NCBI GenBank assembly: GCA_963779415.1
Contig: CAVZYA010000003.1
Coordinates: 1,617 to 65,616 of the forward strand
Direction: 5' to 3'
Length of the DNA stretch: 64,000 nt
DNA from: an uncultured Acidobacteriota bacterium
Lineage (GTDB): Bacteria > Acidobacteriota > Thermoanaerobaculia > UBA5066
The position numbers and the translations under genes were made by a program. This document shows positions 37,995 to 46,582 of this stretch, in pieces (position 1 is the stretch's first letter; each line of letters begins with the position of its first letter). The notes under the pieces are model-generated. The model worked only from the letters and a program-made list of their open reading frames with translations. It was not told the DNA's origin and ran no database searches.

Positions 37995-38730
37995 GAGAGA
38001 GTCGCGAGAAAGCGGTAGCTTTTCAGCTCGTGGCCGAGGAAGCGCCGGCGGACCTCCCGGGCCACCTCGTCGAGCCCCGTGAGAGCCGCCGGATCGATCC
38101 GGCGGGACGCGAGAGATTTCAACGATCCCTTCCGAAAGGCCGGCAGAAGAGCGCGGGCGGAGCCCGGCACGGGGATCGCGCCGCGACCGGCGCACTCGAG
38201 GGACACGAAGCCGGGGATCTCCGGGTCGAGCCGTACCCCCCCTCCGGGAGCGCCTCTCCGCAGACCGCACACGCACCGTCCTCGGGAAGAAGCCCCGCAA
38301 AGCGAAGAAGCCAGGTCTCGAAGTAGCGGGCGGCGAGCGCGGCGGGCGCCCCGTCGCGCAGCGCATCGAGAACGTGTCTCACCAGGCGGAAGACCTCGTC
38401 GCCGGGCTCGGCCTCCGGGACGAACGTCAGCACGCTCTCCGCGATGTAGGGGAGGAGCATCGCCGTCTCCTCGCGCGAGGCGAGGTCGAATGCGCTCGTC
38501 ACCAGCTCGAGCCCGTCCAGACGTCCGAGATCGGCCCCTTCCTTCCGATAGAAGGTGGCAGCGATTTCGGAAAGGAGCTGGAGCGAGGCCGATCGTCTCG
38601 ACTTTCCGCGCGCGCCGCGGACGGCCGCCCGGACGACGCCCCCCTTCTCGGTCAGAAACGACCCGACGAGGTCCTTTTCCGAGAGCGGATCGAGCCTCAG
38701 AATGAAAGCCCGCGTGGAAACCAGCGACAT
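37991..38730 (-). pseudogene. recO: DNA repair protein RecO with a single frameshift in a 7-G run (about 38231-38237); most likely a homopolymer length error
   Basis: MSLVSTRAFILRLDPLSEKDLVGSFLTEKGG...CAVCGEALPEGG is followed in the other frame by VRLDPEIPGFVSLECAGRG...LGHELKSYRFLATLS. One extra G restores a full-length RecO. Confidence 0.85.
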
Positions 38731-40015
38731 GACACCGGATTCTCCCGCGCCGGAGCGCTTTCCGCCCACGGTCGTCCGGCTCGGCTGGGTCTCGTTCCTG
38801 ACCGACGTCTCCTCCGAGATGATCGTGCCGCTCCTCCCGGCCTTTCTCGCCACCCTTCCCGGGGCACCGGCGAAGGCCCTCGGGTGGATCGAGGGGATCG
38901 CGGAGACGACCGCCTCGGCGGCGAAGATCGTCTCGGGACGGTGGGCCGACCGGGCGAAAGCGAAAAAGCCGCTCGTCCTCCTCGGCTACGGCCTCTCTTC
39001 GGTGGCACGGCCCCTCATCGGCATCGCCCCGGTCTGGCCCGTCGTCGCCCTCATCCGCTTCTTCGACCGGATCGGCAAGGGGATCCGAGCGGCGCCGCGC
39101 GACACCATGATCGCGGCGGCGGCGTCGCCCGAGCGGCGCGGCGCGGCGTTCGGACTGCACCGGGCTTTCGACAATGCCGGCGCCGTCCTCGGCCCGATTC
39201 TCGCCGCCGCGCTCGTCGGCGTGGCGGGTCTCTCCATCCGCTCCGTCTTCTTCCTGGCAGCGGTCCCGGCCGCTCTTTCTCTCATCGTCCTGGGTGTCTT
39301 CGTAAAGGAAAAGGGGGAGAACGACCGAAGAGTTTCTTCTAAAGGGAGAGAGCCGGGCGGCGTGCCCCCCGACGCCAGCGCGCACTGTCTGAGCGAAGCG
39401 AGTTTGCGCGCCAAGGAGGGGGGTACGCCGCACGGCTCGACTCCGCCTGGAGCGCTTCCCTCATCGTTCTGGATGCTCGCGGGTGTCGTGGGGTTCTTCA
39501 CGCTCGCGGCATCGTCCGACACCTTCATCCTCCTTCGCGCCAGGGACCTCGGGATCGCCGCCGGGTGGCTGCCGCTCCTCTGGGCCTTCTCGAACGGGGT
39601 CAGGTCGCTCTTCTCGACGTGGGGAGGAGGCCTATCGGACCGCTACGGCCGGCGGAATCTCCTTCTTGCCGCCTGGGGGCTCTATGCCGCCTGCTACGCC
39701 GGCTTCGCCCTCGTCACGACCGCGCCCTTTCTCGTCGGCCTCGTCGGGGTCTACTCGCTCTACTACTCGCTCTCCGAGGGGACCGAACGCGCTCTCGTCG
39801 CCGATCTCGTCCCGACGCCCCTCCGCGGCCGCGCCTTCGGGTGGTTCAACGCGATGACGGGGCTCGCGGCTCTCCCGGCGAGCGTCGGCTTCGGGCTCAT
39901 CTGGGAAAAATACGGGGCGCCAGCCGCATTCTTCACGGGGGCCGTCATCGCAGCCGCAGCCGCCGGAGCCCTCTTCGTCCTCGTCCCGATGGGGCGCGCC
40001 AACGAGACCCGCTAG
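38729..40015 (+). CDS. MFS transporter
   Basis: About 12 hydrophobic segments. LGWVSFLTDVSSEMIVPLLPAFL and GRWADR...RFFDRIGKGIRAAPRD are MFS-type loops. The start is ATG 38729, or possibly 38702. Confidence 0.8.
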   Translation: MTPDSPAPERFPPTVVRLGWVSFLTDVSSEMIVPLLPAFLATLPGAPAKALGWIEGIAETTASAAKIVSGRWADRAKAKKPLVLLGYGLSSVARPLIGIAPVWPVVALIRFFDRIGKGIRAAPRDTMIAAAASPERRGAAFGLHRAFDNAGAVLGPILAAALVGVAGLSIRSVFFLAAVPAALSLIVLGVFVKEKGENDRRVSSKGREPGGVPPDASAHCLSEASLRAKEGGTPHGSTPPGALPSSFWMLAGVVGFFTLAASSDTFILLRARDLGIAAGWLPLLWAFSNGVRSLFSTWGGGLSDRYGRRNLLLAAWGLYAACYAGFALVTTAPFLVGLVGVYSLYYSLSEGTERALVADLVPTPLRGRAFGWFNAMTGLAALPASVGFGLIWEKYGAPAAFFTGAVIAAAAAGALFVLVPMGRANETR

Positions 40016-41337
40016 TTCCTCGCCTCCTCGAGCTGCTTTTTGATCGCCGCGATCGCGCGGTCCGAGCGCTGCTCCGCCGGGAGCGCCTCCGCGTACGCGA
40101 GCATCTCCTGGAGAGTCTTCCTCGCGGAGTCGGAGGCACCCATTTTCACCAGCAGATCGACGCGTGTGCGGTAGACGACGAGCTTGCGCGGTCCGTACGA
40201 GAGCGCCATGGCGCGGTCCGACGCGGCGAGGGCCTCGTCGTACCTCTTCATCGCCCCGTAGGCGATTGCGAGGCGCTGCGGAGGGTTGTAGTCCTCCGGG
40301 AAATCCTTCTCGGAGGCGAGAAGCGCCGGAATCACGCGCTCGGGCTGGCCCAGCGCAAGGCAGGCGGACGTGCGGTGGGCGTCGAATACGGTCCTTTCCG
40401 CGGGAGTCTTCGCCTTCGCGGCCTCGCTTTCGAGGTAGGTGGCCCATGCCTCGAGGACCTTCTTCTCCCCCGTCTCGTCCTTCGCCGCCCCGCGCTCCTC
40501 GGCGAGACTCTGGTAGACGGCCGAAACGTCGTCGGCCGCGAGGCCGGTCTTCGGCCCATCGAGGACAGACCGCGCGTCGGCGGCGAGGGCCGCGACGAGT
40601 CCCGCTTTCTTCGGGTCGCCTTCCTTCATAGAGAGCGCGCAGTCGAGGCCCGAGCCCGCGACGTTCGCGGCGGACGGCGTGGCCCTGAGATTCGCGAAGG
40701 CGTCACGCGCCGCCGTCGCGCAGGCTTCTGGCTCGCCGCTCGAGGAGAGGGCGAAGAGGAACGACTCGACCGTCCGCGCGTACGAGGGCGAGGCCGGACG
40801 GAGCGTCTTGAGAGCGTCGCGGTAGGCCGCGGCGGCCTCGGCGTACTCTCCGTCGGCGAAGTGGCGATCCGCGTCCGTGAGGGCGATTCCGGCGGCCGGG
40901 GCCTTTCCAATCGCCTTCGCGCCGTCGTCGAGGATCCGCTGCATTTGCGGCGCCGTCGCGCCCCCGACCCAGCGGAAGACGATCTTCTCGGTCGCAGGGT
41001 CGATCACGTAGAACGACGGCCAGACCTTGACCGGGAACTTCCCGAGGACGGCGGCGTTCTCGCGCTTCTCCGTGTTGACCGACAGCCAGACGAACCGTCC
41101 GGCCTGCCGCCCGAGCGCCTTGTCCGTGAAGACGAAGGCCCTCATCGAGCGGCACGTATGTCACCAGGGCGCCCAGGCCTCGAGGAAGATCGGCTTCTTG
41201 GCCGACTTCGCCACGGCGAGAGCTTTCGGGTAGTCGTCGGCGATGAAGGGAAGGACCTCCTGCGGCGCCGACGCCGCGGCGGCCGGCATGGCGAGAAGGG
41301 CGGCCGCAAGAGCCACCGGGAAGAGCGTCGTTCTCAT
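40012..41337 (-). CDS. Secreted thioredoxin-fold protein plus a helical (TPR-like) domain, predicted selenoprotein (UxxC) with in-frame UGA at 41163-41161
   Basis: Track ORFs 41161..41385 and 40012..41145 are in the same frame, separated only by TGA plus 5 sense codons. Read-through gives ...KKPIFLEAWAPW-U-HTCRSMRAFVFTD..., placing the TGA at the first Cys of WC(H)TC. A signal peptide follows ATG 41337. Confidence 0.7.
41113..41143 (-). promoter_or_regulatory. Candidate bacterial SECIS hairpin downstream of the UGA
   Basis: The mRNA GAGgGCCUUcGUC-UUCACG-GACAAGGCgCUC forms about 11 bp with one bulge and one mismatch. The hairpin base is 18 nt after the UGA and the apical loop 31-36 nt after it. 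This is a hand fold only. Confidence 0.35.
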
Positions 41338-41383
41338 CTTCCGACTATACGGCGGCGACCCCGGTCGAAGTAAGATCCCAAAC

Positions 41384-41632
41384 ATGTCAGGACCCGTCTG
41401 GAAAAAGATCCGACTCGAGGGGACCTGCGACTCGTGCGGCGAGAAGGCCAGCGAGCTTCTCGCCGTGGGAATCGTCGTCGACTTCGCTTTCCGCCCCGAC
41501 TTCCGCTACTGCCCGGCGTGCTACGAGAAGTACGCCGGCCGCCACGACGAACTCGACCCGAAGGCCGTCGCCGAGCAGCGGGCCCCGGGGCTGATCTCGA
41601 GGCCGGACGCCGTGTCGGACCTCCCGGAGTGA
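41384..41632 (+). CDS. Small Cys4 zinc-ribbon-like protein (82 aa)
   Basis: MSGPVWKKIRLEGTCDSCGEKA...FRYCPACYEKY has CxxC...CxxC. Its stop overlaps the GTG start of the next gene (GTGA). Confidence 0.55.
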   Translation: MSGPVWKKIRLEGTCDSCGEKASELLAVGIVVDFAFRPDFRYCPACYEKYAGRHDELDPKAVAEQRAPGLISRPDAVSDLPE

Positions 41633-42840
41633 TCCGCCGCTTCGCGGCGTCGCCCCTCCGGACGATCGCCGAAAAGGTCGTCGCGGGCGAGCGTCTCTCG
41701 TTCGAGGACGGCGTCGCCCTCTTCCGCTCGCCCGACCTCCTCGGCGTCGGCACGCTCGCGAACTGGGTGCGCGAGAAGCGACACGGAAACGTCGCCTACT
41801 ACAACGTCAACCGGTATCTGAACCCGACGAACCTCTGCTGGGTCGATTGCGGCCTCTGCGCCTGGGCACGGAAGCCAGGAGTCGACGGCGGCTACTCGAT
41901 GTCGATCGAAGAGGCCGTCTCCGAGGCGGCCGCGGGATGGCACGACGGGATCACGGAGCTGCACGTCGTCGGGGGCCTTCACCCGTCGCTCCCCTACACC
42001 TGGTACCTGGACCTCTGCCGCGCGCTGAAGTCGCGCTTCCCCGGCATCCATCTGAAGGCCTGGACGATGGTGGAGCTGGACTGGTTCGCGCGCGTCGGAA
42101 AGAAGGACGTCGCGGAGGTGATCCGCGACCTCGTGGCTGCCGGGATGGACTCCTGTCCGGGAGGAGGGGCCGAGATCTTCGAGCGGAAGGTCCGCGACGT
42201 CATCTGCCGCGACAAGATCTCCGGCGAGCGTTGGCTCGAGGTGGCACGCCTCTGCCATCTCGAAGGGGTGAAGACGAACGTCACGATGCTCTACGGCCAC
42301 GTGGAGAGCGTCGAGGACCGCGTCGATCATCTCGTCCGGACCCGCGAGCTCCAGGACGAGACGAAGGGGTTTCTCGGCTTCATCCCGCTGGCGTTCCACC
42401 CGGAAGAGACCCAGCTCCCGCATCTTCCGGCCGCCGACGGGATGACCGACCTCCGCGTCATCGCCGTCTCCCGCCTGATGCTCGATAACCTCGACCACAT
42501 CAAGGCCTACTGGATCCAGATCGGCGAGAAGCTGGCGCCGGTCGCCCTTCACTTCGGGGCAGACGATCTCGTGGGGACGGTGACCGAGGAAACGATAACG
42601 CACGCGGCGGGGGCGAAGACGTCGGCGGGCCTGACGCGCGCCGAGATGGAGCGGATGATCCGGGGCGCCGGGCGCGAACCGTTCGAGCGCGATGCGTACT
42701 ACGAGAGGGTCGTTCGCGACGGGGCGGGGCACGTCCTCCGCGCCAACCGCCACGACTTCGCGCCGCACGAGCCGGAAGACTCCTCAAAGCCTCTTCCGGA
42801 ACATCCGTCGGCGATCGACCCGGCTCTCGCTTCGAGTTGA
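41629..42840 (+). CDS. Radical SAM enzyme of the futalosine menaquinone pathway (MqnE/MqnC family)
   Basis: YYNVNRYLNPTNLCWVDCGLCAW carries CxxxCxxC. ...ELHVVGGLHP..., GGGAEIF and GADDLVGTVTEE are typical of the MqnE/MqnC/CofH-like family. I cannot assign the subfamily by eye. Confidence 0.8.
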   Translation: MIRRFAASPLRTIAEKVVAGERLSFEDGVALFRSPDLLGVGTLANWVREKRHGNVAYYNVNRYLNPTNLCWVDCGLCAWARKPGVDGGYSMSIEEAVSEAAAGWHDGITELHVVGGLHPSLPYTWYLDLCRALKSRFPGIHLKAWTMVELDWFARVGKKDVAEVIRDLVAAGMDSCPGGGAEIFERKVRDVICRDKISGERWLEVARLCHLEGVKTNVTMLYGHVESVEDRVDHLVRTRELQDETKGFLGFIPLAFHPEETQLPHLPAADGMTDLRVIAVSRLMLDNLDHIKAYWIQIGEKLAPVALHFGADDLVGTVTEETITHAAGAKTSAGLTRAEMERMIRGAGREPFERDAYYERVVRDGAGHVLRANRHDFAPHEPEDSSKPLPEHPSAIDPALASS

Positions 42841-42851
42841 GTTTCCTGGGG

Positions 42852-42881
42852 CACGAGGGGGGCGTTTTCGCCCCCCTCGTG
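42852..42881. terminator. Bidirectional hairpin between convergent genes
   Basis: cacgaggggggcg-tttt-cgcccccctcgtg forms a 13-bp stem between the stop codons at 42840 (+) and 42898 (-). Confidence 0.6.
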
Positions 42882-42897
42882 GCTCCCCCCCCAACCC

Positions 42898-44412
42898 CTA
42901 TTCGGGCTTCACGGCCGCGATGAACTTCTGCGCTCCGCCGATCGAGCGGAGAACGTAGAAGCGGACCCACTTCCCCTGCGGGGCCTTCTTCATCTGGGCC
43001 TGGAGCTCCGCGACGGAGCCGACTTCCACGCCGTTCACCTCGAGAATGACGTCTCCGTCGATGAGGCCGGCGTCGGCCGCGGGAGAGACGGGCTTGACGT
43101 GGGTGATCAGGACTCCCCGGGACGCCTCGCGGTCGACGCGGAACTCGCGCCTGAGCTCGGGAGAGAGATCGCTCAGCTCGAGGCCGAGCACCTTTTCCTT
43201 CTGTCCCTTCGTCCCGGTCTCTTCGGATTCCGGCTTTCCGGCATCGTCCGCCCGCGTCGCGAGGGTCGCGACCGTGGTCTTCTCCTTGCCGTCTCGGAGG
43301 AACGTGATCGTCACCTTCGAGCCGGGGGCCTTCCCGGAGACATAGTCGATCAGGTCGCGGTTGTTCTTCACCGCGAGGTCGTCGACCTTGACGATGACGT
43401 CGGAGTGCTTCAGCCCGGCCTTGTCGCCGGGGCGGTCCTTCTCGACGGACTCGACGAGCGCCCCTTCCGCCTTCGGAAGCTCGAGCGCCTCCTGCATGGT
43501 CCTGTCGACGGACCGGATCGAGACGCCGAGGTAGCCGCGGACGACTTTCCCCGTCTTCAGCTGCGGGAGGAGCCGCTTGGCCATGTTGATGGGGACGGAG
43601 AAGCCGATGTTCTGCGCGAAGCGCGGGCTCGCGATTGCCGTGTTGATCCCCACGACCTCGCCGGCCGTGTTCAGGAGCGGGCCGCCGGAGTTCCCGAAGT
43701 TGATGGCGGCGTCGGTCTGGATGAGGCTCTCGAACGAGCGGCTCGCCTCCGAGAGGTTCGCGAAGCGCCCCTTGCCGGAGACGACGCCGACCGTGACCGT
43801 CTTCTCGAAGCCGAGCGGGTCACCGATCGCCATCACCCAGTCCCCGACGCGCAGGCGGTCGGAGTCCCCGAGCGTGACGATCGGGAACGGCTTCTTTCCC
43901 TCGATCTTCAGGAGGGCGAGGTCCGTCGCCGGATCGCGTCCGACGATCTTCGCGTCGTAGTCGTCCTTGCCTCCCACCTTCACGACGACCTTCGAAGCGT
44001 CCTCGATGACGTGGTTGTTCGTCAGAATGAAGCCGTCCGGCTCGATCAGGAAGCCGGTTCCGCTGGAGACTTCCTTTCGTTCCTCGGTCTCGCCGCGCGG
44101 GTCGGGACCCGGGAAGAAGTCGAACGGGCTCCCCTGATGGAATCGAGGCATGCCCCGGCGGTCGGGCTTGATGATGTCGGTCGACGTCACCGAGACGACG
44201 CCCGGCGACACCTTCTCGACGAGATCCGCGAAGGAAGGGAGGGCCATGGGCGAGAGGGCGCGCGCCGGAGTCGCGGCGGCGGATTCGGGCGGGGTCGCCT
44301 TCTGGGCGGCGGCCGTCCGGGTCAGGTCGAGGCCGCCCGCGAGGATCATCCCGAAGACGACCGAGGCGGCGACGAGCGCCGTTACGGAGATCACTTTGGT
44401 GCTGGTACGCAT
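42898..44412 (-). CDS. HtrA/DegP-family serine protease with two PDZ domains
   Basis: MRTSTKVISVTALVAASVVF is the anchor. The catalytic residues lie in TNNHVI (His), DLALLKI (Asp) and GNSGGPL (Ser). I reject the 44541 start. Confidence 0.9.
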   Translation of the reverse strand: MRTSTKVISVTALVAASVVFGMILAGGLDLTRTAAAQKATPPESAAATPARALSPMALPSFADLVEKVSPGVVSVTSTDIIKPDRRGMPRFHQGSPFDFFPGPDPRGETEERKEVSSGTGFLIEPDGFILTNNHVIEDASKVVVKVGGKDDYDAKIVGRDPATDLALLKIEGKKPFPIVTLGDSDRLRVGDWVMAIGDPLGFEKTVTVGVVSGKGRFANLSEASRSFESLIQTDAAINFGNSGGPLLNTAGEVVGINTAIASPRFAQNIGFSVPINMAKRLLPQLKTGKVVRGYLGVSIRSVDRTMQEALELPKAEGALVESVEKDRPGDKAGLKHSDVIVKVDDLAVKNNRDLIDYVSGKAPGSKVTITFLRDGKEKTTVATLATRADDAGKPESEETGTKGQKEKVLGLELSDLSPELRREFRVDREASRGVLITHVKPVSPAADAGLIDGDVILEVNGVEVGSVAELQAQMKKAPQGKWVRFYVLRSIGGAQKFIAAVKPE

Positions 44413-44512
44413 AGTCTCCTTCCGAGTCCCACGATGATACGAGGCGTCCGCGTCAGGGCGGCCGCACGAATGCCTCGAGCGCAAAGCCCGTGCCGGGTTT
44501 GGGGGGGCGGGC

Positions 44513-45616
44513 TCATCGCGCCTTCGAATCGTACGGCTCATCCTCCGGCCGGATGTTGTAGAAGAAGGTGATCGTCACCCCTTCGCGATTCGTGCCGAGG
44601 TCGTCCGGCAGGGGGCGAAACCGGCTCGAGCGCGCGATCGCCTGGAAGGCGGCGTTGTCGTACGGCGGCTTCTGGGACGAGGCGACGATCCGCTCGGCAT
44701 CCACCGTCCCGTCCTTCAATATGAAGAAGCGGATCACGAGGCGACCCTTGACCCCGTACCGCGCGAGCGTCGGAACGTCCCAGTTCCGCCGGATCTTCCG
44801 GAGCATGTCCGCGGCATAGGCGCCCCAGTCATAACCCTGCGTGTCGAACGAGAGGGCGCCGTTGTCGACGAAGCCCCCTTCCCTGTCGTAGCCGCCGCCG
44901 AAATCGCCGGAGTCGCCGCCGGAGCCCGAGGATCCGCTCTGGGAAGGAGCGTAGTCCTCGGGACGGACCGATGCGAGCGGAGGCTCGAACAGCCGGGCAC
45001 CCGCCTTGAGGCCCGAGTCGATGCTCCGGTTCTGACGAAGCGCCATGAGCGACTTCTCCCTCTCCGCCTTCGCCCCGTCGCCCGCCTCGGCGGAGCGCGC
45101 CGGCGGCGGGGGCGGCACGGCGCCGCCGGAGCCTTTCTTCCCGGCCTCCTCGTCGCGGATGCCGGCGTGTGCCACGGCCTTCGGCTGCGGAAGCGGCGGC
45201 TGCTTCAGGTCCCCTCCGTGCGCCTTTCGGTCCTTGTCCGAAAGAAGGGGGTTCTTTCCCGGAGACGCCGCTTTCGGGCCGGGCGCCGGAAAGAACTGAA
45301 GCGGGATCGGAGGAGGCGTCGGGTCGGGCCTCCAGAGCCTCAAGAGCCCGAGCGGGTCGTTCTGGTCGTTCAGCTCCTTCGGGATGCCCGGATGGTAGTC
45401 GGGCGTGACGAGAATGAGGATGATGACGAGGAGATGGGCGATGACGGATCCCGCGATCGCCCGCTCGCGTGTGATCCGGATCCGAAAGGCGGTCTCCGGA
45501 GGGGTCTCGAGAACCTCGCGAAGCTCGAGCGAGTCTTCGACGGTTCCTCCGGGCGAGACGAACCGGCGGCCGCCGTCGGGCTTCGGCCAGGGGCGCGGCG
45601 CCTCGTCGCCGCCCAC
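44513..45616 (-). CDS. TonB-family C-terminal-domain protein; the N-terminus is possibly longer (see findings)
   Basis: TM segment IAGSVIAHLLVIILILV, a Pro-rich linker, then a C-terminal ...RKIRRNWDVP...GRLVIRFFILKDGTV...PPYDNAAFQAIARSSRFRPLP TonB_C-like fold. Confidence 0.75.
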   Translation of the reverse strand: MGGDEAPRPWPKPDGGRRFVSPGGTVEDSLELREVLETPPETAFRIRITRERAIAGSVIAHLLVIILILVTPDYHPGIPKELNDQNDPLGLLRLWRPDPTPPPIPLQFFPAPGPKAASPGKNPLLSDKDRKAHGGDLKQPPLPQPKAVAHAGIRDEEAGKKGSGGAVPPPPPARSAEAGDGAKAEREKSLMALRQNRSIDSGLKAGARLFEPPLASVRPEDYAPSQSGSSGSGGDSGDFGGGYDREGGFVDNGALSFDTQGYDWGAYAADMLRKIRRNWDVPTLARYGVKGRLVIRFFILKDGTVDAERIVASSQKPPYDNAAFQAIARSSRFRPLPDDLGTNREGVTITFFYNIRPEDEPYDSKAR

Positions 45617-46026
45617 GACATGGTCGTTGAGGCGCGGAAATGCCAGACCACGGACCTGCGACTCCTCGCTCTCGGTCTCCAGATCCTCCGGCGGCAGCTC
45701 GATGACGATGACCCGCGCCTTCTTCCGGCGACGGGCGACCTCCGGGGAGAAGGTAAATGTCGGCTCGGGGCGCCGCGAAGGGGGCGCTCCTGCGCCCTCC
45801 TCGGGCCAAGGCTCCGCCGTCTCCCTCCCGTCGATGAGGGGAGCGTTCAGATCGAGTTTCGTCAGATCGCTGATGGGCGCTCCTTCATCCCGGCCGGCCT
45901 GACGCCAGGTACTTCGCGCATGGAAGGGGCATGCCAGCTCCCCCGAAACAGGATAGACCGGCCGCTCGCTGGCGCACCGCGCTTCTCCGTCCTATACTCC
46001 CGACCGGCTGGCTTTCAAGGAACTTG

Positions 46027-46053
46027 AAAGAGGGCTTCGGCCCTCTTTTTTTT
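46027..46053 (+). terminator. Canonical intrinsic terminator immediately upstream of rimP (leader or attenuator candidate)
   Basis: aaagagggc-ttcg-gccctcttt is followed by ttttt. It is oriented for the + strand, and no + strand gene lies upstream. Confidence 0.7.
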
Positions 46054-46067
46054 CCTCCGGGCTGGCC

Positions 46068-46547
46068 GTGAGACGACCGATGGAAAAGGCTGTTCCGCTT
46101 CCGGGCGAGGCCGTCGAGGCCCTCGAGGGCGCCGTCGCGGCGCTCGGGCTGGAGCTGTGCCACCTCGAGTGGAAGCCCGGACGCCGCGGCACGCTCCTTC
46201 TCACCATTGATCGACCGGGCGGCGTCTCCCTCGAAGACTGCGAGGACGCGTCCCGCGCCGCCTCGCGCGTCCTCGACCCGCTCGAGGAGACGCTCCCCAC
46301 GTACGTTCTCGAGGTCTCCTCGCCCGGGCTCGACCGGCCCCTCCGGACGGTCGCCGACTGCGTCCGCTTCGCAGGACGCCGGGTCGTCGTCCAGACGCGC
46401 CGTCCCGTGGAAGGGACGTCGCGCATCCGGGGACCCCTCGAATCCGTCGAGGAAGACCGACTGACCATTCTTGATGAGGATCGTAAGCATCGCTACACTT
46501 TTCCTTTTGGCGACGTGAAGTCCGCGCGCCTCGTGCCGGAATTCTGA
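46068..46547 (+). CDS. rimP: Ribosome maturation factor RimP
   Basis: ...LEVSSPGLDRPLR... and its position directly upstream of nusA. The start is GTG 46068 or ATG 46080. Confidence 0.9.
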   Translation: MRRPMEKAVPLPGEAVEALEGAVAALGLELCHLEWKPGRRGTLLLTIDRPGGVSLEDCEDASRAASRVLDPLEETLPTYVLEVSSPGLDRPLRTVADCVRFAGRRVVVQTRRPVEGTSRIRGPLESVEEDRLTILDEDRKHRYTFPFGDVKSARLVPEF

Positions 46548-46582
46548 AGACCTCGGGCGAGGGCGCATCGATTCAGGGCGGA

